Shown here: positions 1 through 12,737 of the stretch, one piece after another | Position numbering within the stretch: position 1 is the first letter of the stretch | How the letters are laid out: each line of letters starts with the position of its first letter | Source of the DNA: Podarcis tiliguerta | Lineage: Eukaryota | DNA: 64,000 nt | Direction: 5' to 3' (one strand) | NCBI GenBank assembly: GCA_965153285.1 | Contig: OZ229119.1 | Position numbers and translations under genes: made by a program | The notes under the pieces: model-generated | The model's database searches: none | What the model saw: the letters and a program-made list of their open reading frames with translations, nothing else | What the model was told of the DNA's origin: nothing

Positions 1-1817
1 CTCTCCTTATCTGTCTCCCTTTGGCAGCCCTGCCACGTTGTTTACCCGTTCAACATGTAGTAGACCTCAATCATCAGCCACTCCATCCAGTGCCAAGCAA
101 GGCTGAGAGGAGGCTTGGCTAATTAACCACATAGGAATTAGCCAGTTGATTCCCTTTACATCCCACTTCTTTACAAAGGAAGAATCAGAAAGGAATTTGA
201 GGTGGAGGCCGAAGAGGGACAGATTTTAAACAAATTCTGCTTGCAGATTGAGTCCAGTTGATCTATGTTTCAGGTCCAGACATCTTAGCTTCCTCTGGAA
301 ACTTGTACTCTTCACATTGTTTACATAGCTCAGTCAAAATCTTTCTTCAAATGGTCCAGCTCGTAAGCTACCTGCATTTCAGCAAAGAAGATACATGAGG
401 AAACCATTTCTTTCTTAGCGCCAAATATCCCCCTTTAATGTAGGCATAGAGAGTTGTGCCTGTATCACTTTGAAGCAAGTGCTATTCATCACAGTTAGAT
501 TGGTATCCAGGTAATCAATTTAGGATTGCCTGATATAAATAGCAATTGTTTGTCTTTAGAAGAGAGCTTCCATGCCACATCTGGCTCTCAAGCCATGTTT
601 TGATTGATTAGACTGCCATGCAGCTCTTGGAGGGAGCTCTTGTTTAAAATTATCGTTAGGTCCAATTAGCTAGGACAGAGATCAGAATCCGCTTATTCTT
701 AAAATTGGCTCCCATGGGCTTTTTGTACATGACTGAGGAAGGCTGTCATTTAAAGAGACAGTCTGCCACTATTACATCTGGTTTGGCCTCTAGATAATGG
801 AAGTAGAATGCAGAATTCGGGTTTCTGTCTCATGAACTTCATGGAAAGCAACTTTAAATTCCATAATATCACTCACTCTGGACTTGAGACTGAGGATCAA
901 CCAGCCAAGTCTTATTCAGTGTACATTGGCATTGAGATGGTTTTCACAATCTCAGTCTGGTCATACAGCATGGTTACTGGCACTGCTAGGGAGCCTCGCC
1001 TTCCCACCTTCCACTGTAAGGGAACCGTGTGCTATTCTTATATGTGTTTTCCTGCACCCATCTGCAAAAATGCACATATTTGGGCATGATGTGGAAGTTA
1101 AACCTCACACTTGCCTCTTTGCTGTGGCTTTCATTTTATACTTTGGTTCTAGCGGACTCACCTGCCCCTAAAACTCCATATGCTCAGAGTATATAGAGAG
1201 CTCATTCTGAAACAGAACAATAGTAAAAGATATGCTAGACCTCAACATAAAAGGGGGGGGGGGATCCTTTAATAGATGAGGCCCTCCAGAAACATTTGCA
1301 GCCATATGGCAAGGCTTTCACATTTGTTGAAGCAGCAAGGCCCAAATTAACCTTTAATCCTGCATGGTGGATCTCCTCAACTGCCAATTCCCCCTCTTCA
1401 ACCCCCCCCCCCCCAATCTCTTTCATTTGCATGTTAGTTATTATTATCTTCCTTTTTATAATACTAAAAAAAGCTGAAATCTTACACATTTTTCAGTTAA
1501 GCACTGAAGGATGCTATTGTTGGTTAGGGTGTGGTGGCAGTGTGTGGGATTACACTTTAATTTGCCTATATGGGAAAAAGGAAGCGTGACTTCTTCTCTT
1601 TTCCTGATAATGACAATTAATTAAAGTTACCCCCCCCCCCAAAGGTACTGGGGCTTAAGCCTCCCTGGAAGTGACATCCTTGGCTTTTGCTACAGAAGCT
1701 CCTCATAATCATCTCACATGTGCAGGGGCTGTTTGTGGTTGCACAGTTCAAGGGAGCGTCATTCTGCACATACTTAAAGGCACTGAGTAATTAATCAAAT
1801 TACTTTTCTTAGTAGTA

Positions 1818-1881
<64 letters not shown>
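1818..1881. repeat. Compound microsatellite (TCTG)n(TCTA)n
   Basis: Directly visible. Confidence 0.98.
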
Positions 1882-3643
1882 ACCAAGGCTCTTTGCAAAG
1901 CTTGATTAATAGCAAGAGCAACAAAAGGACATTGAAATAACAAACAACAAAGGACACCACTGCAGTACGAACAGAAAAACAGAATCCATAATGGCCACCA
2001 AACTCCTGCATTCCCCCAAGGCCCTCTGGAAAAGATGGATTTTAACAGTGCAGTAAAAACAGAATAGTGATGGAGGCAGGCAAGCTTCTTTGGGGATAGC
2101 ATTCTGAAAAAAGGTGCTAGAACCAAAAAGGTCCTGTTTCTAGTGCTCAAACCTACCAAACTTCAGAAAGCACCTCAAATTAGGCCTACAGATGAATTTT
2201 ATCATTTTGCAACCACAACAGCATTGGAAATTAGTTTCACGACAAAACAATGGTGAGACCTTCCTCAAATGACACTCTGAATGTAAAAAGGCAGGAGGAG
2301 AATATGCTTAGGTTTCCTGGCTCTGATACAGCTGTTGGACTGAACTCAACATAAAATAAAAAAATCCAGAAGTATAGCAGAATATTTAGAAAGGAAAGAA
2401 AGTTGTTCTAATGCTTTCTTAAGCCAGGAGGCTCATCTCCAAGGCCTATCAATATTTCTTTATATAGCAGAAGAACGCTTTCCAGGCTTGCAAAGCCAGA
2501 GTGCTTTGCTGCTGTGCAGACTTTTGGATGTTCCTTTTTTGTGCACAGATATTAGTTCCAAACCCACTTGGATTGGGCCCCAAGTGCTTTATCTGCATCA
2601 CTCACCTATAATTAGAAATTGGTTTGAAGACTGTTTCCATCATCATGGTTCTCTCCGTGATGGACTTATCCCACCATAGTTAAGTGGAGCAGATCATAAC
2701 TTTGCCAGAGAGAGATTGTTTCAGGATGTCTCTGATACTGGCTGAGTTCTCCTGTTTCCTGAGGGAGATTTCTTTTTTTAAGACTCCATGGTATTCACTC
2801 ACATTTGGATTGACGTCAATTTTTTTTTTGTTTTAAAAAGCTGTCATAAAGACTCAAAGTTGAAATACAGATTTTTAAAAGATGCATGGCTACCATGAGG
2901 GTAATAGATTTTATTAAGCAGTAAGCATCCAGCAGCTCACCATGAATCTCTCATCTCTGATCTAACACCAGGCAGACACATTGAATTTTGTAATATGCCT
3001 TGTAGGGTTTGAGTGGGGGAGGGGAGTGTTGTATTAAAACAGACAAGAATTCTGTGGTTCAGGTACTTTATTTCTTTGAAGGTGCTGTTTCACGCATCAG
3101 CCTTCCTATTAGGTGCACATAAATTACTGGTACAAACAAAACTGTATAATGTATTTATAGCAGACCTATCTTTCATGATGGTGGTGCCTCAAGGTAGCGT
3201 ATGCAGGCTTTCCAGGGGTTTTCTCATCTAGTCACTGACCATAAATCTTTGGGGAAAGGCATGTGCTTTAAATGGGCTTTAAATCTATGGTGTGTATGTG
3301 GCCTTAGTTTCAGCAGGGTTGTTGTACCTTCAGAGTACTAAAATGCCTACTAATGGATCCTCTGTGTTATTTAACCATTTGTGGCACATTCATAGCTGGG
3401 AGGGAAAGGACCAAGGCATCTTTGTCTGATTACTTAGAGGCATTTTTAACTCACCACAGGTGATCAAGCCGGTGGCTCTTTTCAAGCTTCATGTGCATCA
3501 TTATCACTCTTTTATATGGGGATATTTTTAATCTACTGAAACATCCTATCTTGGTCAGTTTGCTTTTTCATAGGAGTTGATTTAACTTTATTCTCAGGTT
3601 GGCTTTGTATGTACAGAATTATCTCAAGGCCATTGTACAGATT

Positions 3644-4011
3644 AAAGGTAAAGGTAAAGGTACCCCTGCCCGTAAGGGCCAGTCTTGACAGACTCTAGGG
3701 TTGTGCGCCCATCTCACTCAAAGAGGCCAAGGGCCAGCGCTGTCCAGAGACACTTCCGGGTCACGTGGCCAGCGTGACATCGCTGCTCTGGCGAGCCAGA
3801 GCCGCACACGGAAACACCGTTTACCTTCCCACTAGTAAGCGGTCCCTATTTATCTACTTGCACCCAGGGGTGCTTTCGAACTGCTAGGTTGGCAGGCGCT
3901 GGGACCGAACAGCGGGAGCGCACCCCGCCGCGGGGATTCGAACCGCCGACCTTTCGATCGGCAAGCCCTAGGCAATGAGGCTTTAACCCACAGCGCCACC
4001 CCGCGTCCCCT
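3644..4011 (-). mobile_element. Sauria SINE, full length
   Basis: tRNA-like head (GGGACGCGG..GTGGCGCTGTGGGTTAAA...GGTTCGAATCC) on the minus strand, (ACCTTT)n tail, 12-bp TSD attgtacagatt at 3632-3643 and 4012-4023. CpG-rich, so young. Confidence 0.92.
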
Positions 4012-4490
4012 ATTGTACAGATTTCATAGCAGCAAACCTGGGTTTGCACAGTGTATGCTTGATAGAATTGACTCAGATTAATGTATCTGTACATTTTTCC
4101 AAATGTATTATTTGTCTCCCTCACACATTACATTTTTAGATGCATGGTGTTTTTTATTGTATTAAAAAACCATTACACTAAAAATATAATGATGAAGAAT
4201 ATACAGTGGGGGAAATCTCTCCTCATTTAGATCATTGGCTCTGACGTCCACATTTTCCACAGCAGACTTCAGTTTCAGAGGCATCCAAATTGTGACAGGC
4301 ATTTTCAGATATTGGAAAACAAATTTCAGTCAACATGCTTGCACTCAATTCTGAACCTTGTCTTAACAGCAACTCACATGACATTCTGTAGCCACTGTTA
4401 CAAAATTAATGGACTGTTATACTCCTTACCAGCTTTTCAAATCGAGAAAAAAGGAATTCAGTAATGGGAAAATGGGAGTAGACAAGTGAC

Positions 4491-4507
4491 TGACCACCAG
4501 GTGGCGA
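4491..4507 (+). promoter_or_regulatory. CTCF-like motif, forward
   Basis: TGACCACCAGGTGGCGA matches the CCASYAGRKGGCR core. Confidence 0.55.
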
Positions 4508-4959
4508 ACAAGATGCAAATACATAGTTGCTGCATTCATGCGCTTGTTGGCTTGTGGTGTATATTCTATCTCTCCAACACCACCCTGGCTAAACTAGACA
4601 TAAAGGTCGCATGATGCAACTTGGGTTGTGCCAACTTCCTGTAAAAGTATGTTCCCTCACCCACACACCATCCCGTTGTTTCTTCCCTGTTGTTTTACTC
4701 CTAGTGGGAGTTGCATCCATTATCTGACAAACATCCATCCGAGAAAAATAACATGTGGGCAGTTTAAAGCCCTTACAATGCTGCTTACAAGGAATATAAA
4801 AATATAATCCACATAATCATATAATACAATCTCACCATTACATTGAATAACCTTTTTACACGGTAACATAATCTAGAAGCAAGACCAGTACCATGCCATT
4901 AAAATTAGCTAAAACACTTTAAAGCAATTTGGGGTTCGGTTGGGTGGGTGCACCAAAAA

Positions 4960-5200
4960 ACCTTTTAAGAGAAAGTAACTTGAAATAAATGGACCTTCAG
5001 AGCCTGTTTGAAGGTCTGTATTGGTGGAGCTGTGTGCACACAACAGTCCTTGGGAGAGCCAGCAATGAAAAGGCCCTGTCTCAGGTACCTGCCAACCCAA
5101 TTGATCTTACAGGTGGATCTATGAGCACAGTTTCCATAGGTGATCTTGGGATCTGAGCATTTCTTGTAAGTTGCTCTGATAGGACCTGGATACAATCTTC
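4960..5200 (-). mobile_element. Old L2-like fragment
   Basis: Minus-strand remnant TFKQALKVHLFQVTF resembles the L2 ORF2 C-terminal F-K-x-x-L-K-T-x-L-F motif. Confidence 0.5.
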
Positions 5201-5496
5201 CAGGTAACAGAAAATGGACAGGGAGCCACCATGCTTTAAAGTGTTAGATTAGGTTTAGGAAGACGCAGGTTCAAATGCCCACATAGCTGTGATGTTCATT
5301 ATATCAACCTACCTTACTGGACTGCTATGAGAATGGGCACAGTATAAGAAAATAACAATTAATGATGCTGATGATGTAAGTCCAGTGAGGCTTGCTTCTG
5401 TGCATAAGGTTGCACCAGTTACTGCTTATGTTGTGCCAGATTTTAGTGCTGTTTGAACACTTTGTCTGACCCCACCTTACCTTCTTCCTTCCATAG

Positions 5497-5955
5497 GCAG
5501 TGTACAAGTTGGCCGATGTCTCCTGTAAGTGCCATGGCGTCTCAGGTTCCTGCAGCCTCAAGACCTGTTGGCTGCAGCTGGCTGACTTCCGCAAAGTGGG
5601 AGACCTCCTGAAGGAGAAGTACGACAGCGCCGCCGCCATGAGGATCAGCCGCAAGGGCAAGCTGGAGCTAGTGAACAACCGCTTCAATTCGCCTACTCCA
5701 GAGGATTTGGTGTACGTCGACCCCAGCCCCGATTATTGCCTGCGCAACGAAACCACGGGCTCCCTGGGCACCAAGGGCCGGCTCTGTAATAAGACCTCGG
5801 AGGGTATGGACGGCTGTGAGCTGATGTGCTGTGGCCGAGGCTATGACCAGTTCAAGAGTGTGCAGGTCGAGCGTTGCCACTGCAAGTTTCACTGGTGCTG
5901 TTACGTCAAGTGTAAAAAGTGCACAGAGATTGTCGATCAGTACGTCTGTAAATGA
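5497..5955 (+). CDS. WNT5B: Wnt-5b, last coding exon ([25 protein letters not shown]...[14 protein letters not shown])
   Basis: Pyrimidine tract plus ccatAG acceptor at 5495-5496, phase-0 entry GCA GTG TAC, stop TGA at 5953-5955. Contains the Wnt signature [10 protein letters not shown] (palmitoleoylated Ser) and the C-terminal Cys pattern. Residues such as [29 protein letters not shown] and SVQVERC are Wnt5b-like rather than Wnt5a-like, and adjacency to ADIPOR2 matches known WNT5B synteny. Upstream exons lie outside the window. Confidence 0.96.
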   Translation, partial: AVYKLADVSCKCHGVSGSCSLKTCWLQLADFRKVGDLLKEKYDSAAAMRISRKGKLELVNNRFNSPTPEDLVYVDPSPDYCLRNETTGSLGTKGRLCNKTSEGMDGCELMCCGRGYDQFKSVQVERCHCKFHWCCYVKCKKCTEIVDQYVCK

Positions 5956-7070
5956 AGGGCCCACAAGAGCTACAAATCTATATTATATAAATCTATATAA
6001 ATCTATTTTATATATTTGTATAAATAAATAGATGGCGATGATGATAATAATTAAAGACATTTATTTAAGAGACTTTTAAAAATCTAAAATGTTTCCATTA
6101 GAACAGCTAGATGGTTGGGCTGCTCCTTTGTTATTTAATAGGGGAGCAAAGCGGGGCGGGGGGGGGGGAGGTATTTGTTTGCTGGTTCCCTCCCAACCTT
6201 GACACAATGCATCCAGGATAAAAGGGATTCTTGAGGGTTCTCGAAAAGGATCTACCTACAGCTCCTTTATCACAAAAGCAGGAGGATGGGATATGTTCCC
6301 ATTGCTATCTTGTGGCTGGATTTCACCTTGGGTGTGTTCTGTGCCTTTTTCAACCCAGCCAAAGGAGTGCCCTCCACGCTCAGGTCGATTTCCAAAAGGA
6401 CTTTGTGTCATTTTCTGCTTCTTGTCAAAACACACTGTGGGATTCCAAACTACAAGGCGAATTACCTGTTTTAGATATGGGAAGAATGAATCAAAAGGCA
6501 GTGTCCGTGCCTGCTGTGGTTGATGTGTGGATTGAAGAGAGACTGTTGCACAATGGCAGATGGTCCCCCTGCATCAAGCGGGGGAAGGAAAACATTACCT
6601 TTGACCTAGAAGTGCTGCTTTACCCCTGCATATCCTGACAGAAACCTCGACATCTGATTCTGCTGCATTTTGTGGAATGAAGAAGCGCGGCAGCGGAAGT
6701 GGAGGGGGCTCTGCTGAAGCTTTGGAAAGGCAAAACTGTCAGAAGTGGTTTTGCTGGTTGGTGGATTTTCTCTTCTGTGGAAAAAGTACTGTGTGGTGTA
6801 TTGATCTAACCTCAGGATACATGACAGCTGGTGACTGATCTCTTGGGACTACTTGGATTGTTTTGGGAAAGGGGCTTATTCGGCGTGTCTCTGGACTTGA
6901 GAGAAAAACAGACATGATTCAACACACAGGATTCGACAAACACAGCACCTCCGTCTCTACGCGGACTCAGATGGTCATGGGTGTCACAAGGGCTTTTTCA
7001 TCCCCCTTGCCTCTGACCTAAATGTACAGTTTCTCTTTTAACATTAAATATCCCTTGTTCTTGCCCTCTC
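5956..7070 (+). other. WNT5B: Probable WNT5B 3'UTR with poly(A) signal candidates AATAAA (6023-6028) and ATTAAA (7043-7048)
   Basis: AT-rich block directly after the stop codon. ATTAAA at 7043 is followed by a U/GU-rich tract (cccttgtttttgtgagcacatttgttttgtgttg). The true 3' end is inferred. Confidence 0.6.
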
Positions 7071-8117
7071 CCCTTGTTTTTGTGAGCACATTTGTTTTGT
7101 GTTGCTGCTAATGAATTTCACAGCACAGGGACTTTCTGCCAAGTTGGACTCCTTCCTGGTTTAAAACTTTTATTGCAGTCAGACCCAATTCTTGTGTTAT
7201 TTTTTGATATGGTCAAGTCACCAAGAGGTGACATTTCGAAAGAATTATGTCTGTTGCTGGAAGACCGTTTGATTTGTACACTTCCTTGTGTGCTGAGAGC
7301 TGGTTTTCACCATCCCAATTACGAGGGTCATATTGCATTCTGCAAGTTATCTTGTTACCATTGACTGGCAACAATGTAGCAAGTGCAAGTCATAAGCCAA
7401 AAGAAGAATCAAATATTTCCTTAAAACTATTGTCATTGGTTCTGAAATACAGCATTAGGAAGTTCAGGGGAAATTCTGGAACATTACTCCATTCTTTTCT
7501 CATATCCACAGATTGGCTAGACTGGATGAAAATGGGCCAGAGCCATTTTTTGTTAAGGCAGAAGTGTGTAAGAAGGATGCCTTAGAAAAACCTAATCGGG
7601 GAGGTGAGCAGCAGTATTTTTTGCATCAGAGTAAAGAGAATGATAACAGATGATAATTGCAATAGCCTCCCCCACCCCATCCTGCAAACACAAAAACCTA
7701 ATCTGCTGCAATTAGTAAACCAGCAGAACTAGGTGAGAACCTTTCTCCATGAAATATAGTTTTCCATATGCAAGGGTTGTTGTTGTTGGTATAGAGGAGT
7801 ACAGACCTTAAAAGCCCACATGTATAGATTGAAGCTATCACAAATGCACTCCACATGTGCTGCTTGCAGGCAGCTTGGGTGGTATCCTCTTGTGTCAGCG
7901 ATGCTGTGTTTGCCTAGATGGCAGTAGAGCAGGGTGAGGGGACTAGGTTGAGGAGAGCTCCAAGGCTGTGGCAGACCTGCAGGCATGACTGTGCCAACCC
8001 CAACCTTGTCACCACCACCTCATCCTGCCCCATCCTTGTCCAAAGGAGCATTACATGGCTGCCATGAGGCCATGTTGTTGCTTCCACCCCATGAGTCACT
8101 GCTGGGCTTTGTGAGTA

Positions 8118-8343
8118 CAGTGGTACTTTGGGTTACAGACTCTTCAGGTTACAGACTCCGCTAACCCAGAAATAGTACCTCCGGTTAAGAACTTTGCTTC
8201 AGGATGAGAACAGAAATCGCACGATGGCAGCGCAGCAGCAGCAGGAGGCCCCATTAACTAAAGTGGTACCTCAGGTTAAGAACAGTTTCAGGTTAAGAAC
8301 GGACCTCCAGAACGAATTAAGTTCTTAACCAGAGGTACCACTG
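8118..8343. mobile_element. Tc1/mariner-superfamily MITE, family A
   Basis: TIRs CAGTGGTAC...GTACCACTG, TA TSD at 8116-8117 and 8344-8345. A related inverted copy is at 44026-44220. Confidence 0.88.
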
Positions 8344-8511
8344 TACTGTATTAAGCTTGACACAGCTGCAGGAAAGTTCTGTTTTCTAAAGGCCATGAAT
8401 CCTGCATGTAGTTTGTCAGTATGACAAACACACATGCAAGTCTGTTTTGTACACATAGCAGGTAGCTTGAGGCGGACAGGGGCAAAGAGAAATTTTACAT
8501 GCAATGAAATT

Positions 8512-8771
8512 CAGTGGTACCTCTAGATACGAACGGGATCCGTTCTGGAGCCCCGTTCGCATCTAGAGGTAAACATATCTAGCGATGGCATGTCTGCGCA
8601 CGCGCGTGTCGCTTTTCGCCGCTTCTGCGCATGCGCGTGATGTCATTTTGAGCGTCTGCGCATGCACAAGCGGCAAAACCCGGAAGTAACATGCTCCATT
8701 ACTTCCGGGTTGCTGTGGAGCGCAACTCAAACGCGCACAATGTGAAGCAAATTTAACCCGAGGTATTTCTG
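8512..8771. mobile_element. Tc1/mariner-superfamily MITE, family B (NRF1/ETS-motif rich)
   Basis: CAGTGGTACCTC...GAGGTAtttCTG|TA; related to 42405-42646. Confidence 0.82.
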
Positions 8772-8856
8772 TACATATTTGCATTTGTCACAGGCAATAA
8801 CATATATGTTGGATCCATACAATTTCCTTATGCTCCCTTGGAAAGGGATCATTCTT

Positions 8857-9026
8857 ACCTGCTCTGCATGCAGAAGGTCTCAGGTTCAGTCTTTGGTATC
8901 TCCAGTTAGAGGAGGTCAGGTTGCAGGTGACTTTTTTAAATTTATTTTTTTGCCTTTGACCATTGAAAGCTGCTGCTAGCCAGAGTTCGATGAAGGGCTC
9001 GATGAAGGCCTGGTTCCTATGTTCTA
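8857..9026 (+). mobile_element. tRNA-derived SINE (Squam3-like), degenerate
   Basis: tgcatgcagaaggtctcaggttca...ctccag...gctgctgc...ttcctatgttct; related to the copies at 12738 and 61085. Confidence 0.6.
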
Positions 9027-12000
9027 TATTGGAATGCTTGCCATGCATGAAATCTTCCTGAGCCTGACTTCAGGCTCAACTAGAGTTCTTTCCCCCCCAA
9101 TTAAGCACTAATTATCAAGTATATGTAGTCATCCTACTCCTGATAGCCACCCCGTGGAATACAGGGTCATGAGCAATTGTTGTTTTCTTAACTTCCTTTA
9201 CAGTGAGCGATGGATGAAAAAGGTTTGTTTTTTCAGTACCTACAGGGATCATTTGTACTTGAGCAATAGTCAGAAGGCCCAGCCAAAAACTGGAAACAAT
9301 TACTGAAAATATTATTTGCAATACTTGCTTTTTAAAACAACAACTTTTATATTTTTAAAAAACAAATTGCCAATAGAAATAAGCAAGAGACCTATAAACC
9401 AGAGCTCTGTAAAATACAACTCAGGATTTTTACAAGCTCTGTTTTTCTCCAAACATTTTTAGTCATTTTTTTTTACCATTTCTGCTACTAAAGTTGTCAG
9501 CAATGCATATATTTCATAGGCAACAGATTTGAAGGGTCCAGAATATATAAGAGGGAGAGCATTCTGCTTGCAAATTAACTTGCTTTAAAAAGACTGTTCG
9601 GTTTAAAAAAAAAAAATATTTTAGGGTTTTAAACAAATCATTAATCCATACATTTGTTGGCATCCCAGAGAGCTATTTCTTGGAATACACCAAATGACCC
9701 AGATTTATGTTCTTTTTATATAAAATCCAAAGCCAAAGGTACAATAATTCAAAGTGATGAAAGCTGTTTTCCACCCATGGAAAAACTGAGAGGATAATGG
9801 CCTGATCTAGCTCCCTTAATAACAAACCAGTAATTGGAACGATCCCCAAATCCCATGAAATCTGTGCGCTACAAATGCTTGGAATACAGTATCCTTTTTT
9901 TTCTAAAAAAGAAAAACAGTGTTTTGGCTGCCTGAAAGGTGTTTCCTTCCTTCATATCTCTAACCTTTTATTGTGCAATGACTGCACACTGGCTTTTTTC
10001 ACACACAACACTAAGCCAAACCATGGGTAAGAATGAATATACAGGTGTGCAGATACTTTAAGTGAAAATTCTGCTGCTTTACTCCTCTCTTATTCCTGCC
10101 TGCTGCTCTACCTGAAGCTAAACATACTAAACATGCTTGGCTTAGCATTACATCTGAACCCAGTCATGTCATCTGTCAGTGTTACATGTGAACTAGGGCA
10201 CTGTATGATATTTGTTCTGAGGTCTAGGCTCTTTCTAGAGTTTTTGGTATAAAGTGATATTTAGATATGCTGGGTGATTATGCCCCCATCCCTCATTCTG
10301 GGATATAAAGAAAATCCCTGGAAATTTTGGAGTACAGGAGAGGAGAATGATCTGGAGAATTGTTATCCTTGGGAGATGGCATATTCCCATTTCAACCACT
10401 AAGAAAACAGCAAGGTGTCTCCTGATAAACCCAGTTTTTTGTATTTCTTAATGGAAAGTGTGAGAAATGCTCAGAGAAAATGAAAGGAGTTTCCAATATT
10501 CTGCTAAACATGGTATTATTATTTAAAATGTTATGGATACCCATCTTTCCTCCAAAAAGGACTGGCATTTTCCTTGACAATAACTAGGCTATAACACAGT
10601 GACTTGCCCAACAACAGTCTGTAAACTTGATAGCAGGCAAGATCTGAACAGAGATTTTCCATATCCAGCCTGAAAGTCTAGACGCTGTATTACACGTTAC
10701 ATGTTATCTAAATTGCAGTAAGATAGAAAAGACCAGGAGGCACTGTGAAGAACATAGTGTTGACACAATCTGTATCCATAGGGCCTACACTCGAAAAGTA
10801 CACATGGATGGGACAAAGGTGAAATGTGAGGGGGAAGGCTTTGATGAAGGACTACCAATGATGAGGGTGGGTGTTGAAAGTTTTAACAGGTAGTACAAGG
10901 TGGGTTGATCAGAAAAGACTTTGTAAATGAAAAGGTTTTGAAGGCTTTAAAAGAGAGGTGGGAGTGGTATTTGTTACTGCACTGCAAAGAAGGGGGAAAG
11001 GTGCTTGAAACCAGAGGAGGCCATATAGCTAAGAGGAACAGATAATTTCTCAAATGGTTGGATAGATAGTTGTAGACTTTAAATAGTGCTCTGGAGTATA
11101 CCCAGTAAGGCAGAATTGCATATGACTAAATAAGAAGTTTTGAGCTTTTGCACCAAACCAATCTCTGCTGCTCATACAACAATGGCTGACCATCTTTGCT
11201 TATTTGTACCTCACTTTCTTTATATTGAATTGGGGGTAAGGCATTTCTAAACTGTTTATTCCACTATTGTGAAATGTCACAACACTATATGCAGACTTAT
11301 TTGGGATTGCTAGGGGCATGCTGGAGCCCTCTGGCAAGTAATTCCATGTGGAACCCACCATGGGTTTGAGAGTGAAGGTCTGCAGTGGGGGATGTCTCCT
11401 GCACTTGTTGAGGCTTCCACGATGTTTAGAACCCATATTATGCAAGGTTCTAGATCACACAGGGGGTCTCCATGAGTTCCCACTGCAAATCTTCACCCTC
11501 AAACTCATGGAGGGCTCTATATGGAATAAAGGTGATCCACCATAGCGGGTGGGCCTTGGCAGCATGCTCATTCTCCCACTGCCCTCCCTTGCATGTTTCT
11601 TTACAGGCAAGTACAGTAAATACACAAATAGGGCTTCAGGGGTAGATACCTCTGAGTAAATAACCTAGGCTCAAACTGGAAAAGTGCTGAGGGAATTATT
11701 TGCTTGTAAATCATCTTCCATTTGCCATTATTATCATCCCCTGGCTGTGAGAATATATACTGGAGTGAACTATGTTCAGGGCTGTCTCAAATCAATTTGG
11801 TATCACAAACATCTGCTCTGGATTGCATTACCTGTGAAGTTTGCTCTCCCCAACCCTTGGACTGTTCCAGATGATGTGGTACATTCTTTTGTGACACTCA
11901 GCTGCATTGCTGTCCCAGTGACTGCTTGGCTTGCTTGAGCAACCCAGTCAATTCTGGCTCATTTTTATTCAATGTTGGTTTATTTTGGCCTTTTTCTGCT

Positions 12001-12102
12001 TGCACTGAAAGATCTTGAGCATGTGAAAGATTGGTTTGCCAAACTGCTGATGTAGAAGCTCCAGCTTTAATGTAACACAATAATACTAACACTATAATTT
12101 AA

Positions 12103-12277
12103 GTGTACACCTTATACCTTTAAAGCACATTCAAAGCACATTCTGTCCTTCAAAAAATTATGGGCATTGTAGTTTGCTAATGGCTGCAGGGAATTGTAGC
12201 TCTGAGGGGTAAACTACAGTGCCCAGAATTCTTTGAGGGAAAGAATGCACTTTGAATGTACTGTAAACTGTGTACAC
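12103..12277. mobile_element. Palindromic MITE bounded by GTGTACAC
   Basis: About 50-bp inverted arms (acattcaaagcacattct...tgggcattgtagttt / aaactacagtgcccag...agaatgcactttgaatgt). Confidence 0.7.
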
Positions 12278-12465
12278 AGTATTTGTTCAAACTTAATAAA
12301 CGCATATCCTATACATTTAAGATAATGCTATAAAAATGTGTGATCACAGATTTATTTTGTTATTTGATTCCCCACACACTGTGTCATCAGTGAAACTGTA
12401 TGTTGAGAGATACAGAGCAGGAAAAAGGAGCTACTCTTAAACACACTGTATGGTTGGACTATAGA

Positions 12466-12720
12466 ATTCATTACTGCAAGATGTAGTGATAACCACTAAT
12501 TTGGATGACTTTAAAAGAGGATTAATGGACACATTAATGGAGGAAAGGGCAATCACTAGCCACTAGCCATGATACTGTAATACCTCCAGTATCTGATGCA
12601 GTATGCCTCTCAATGCTAGCTGCTGGGGATCATGGGAGATGGTTAGTGCATTAATTTCTTGCTTGCAGGCTTACCAAGAGTCATCTGCTTTGGAACTGTC
12701 AGAACAGACCAGAAAGGCTT
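12466..12720 (+). mobile_element. Old CR1-type LINE 3' fragment
   Basis: gatgtagtgat...ttggatgactttaaaagaggatt...gacacattaatggaggaaaggg resembles the end of CR1 ORF2 (..F K R G L D.. motif region). Confidence 0.6.
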
Positions 12721-12737
12721 TTGGGGCGATCTATTTT

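Noticed and set aside
3920-4011. tRNA-like A/B boxes (also at 51.7, 56.3 and 61.2 kb)
   Set aside because: These are SINE heads with SINE bodies, tails and (in several copies) TSDs, not tRNA genes.
5500-5955. ORF track shows a stand-alone 151-aa protein starting at 5500
   Set aside because: The 'start' is a GTG Val codon inside a spliced exon that begins at 5497; it is the WNT5B C-terminal exon.
5325-5964. Antisense ORFs overlapping WNT5B (5325-5687, 5668-5964)
   Set aside because: These are shadow ORFs of a GC3-rich coding exon, with no recognisable protein features.
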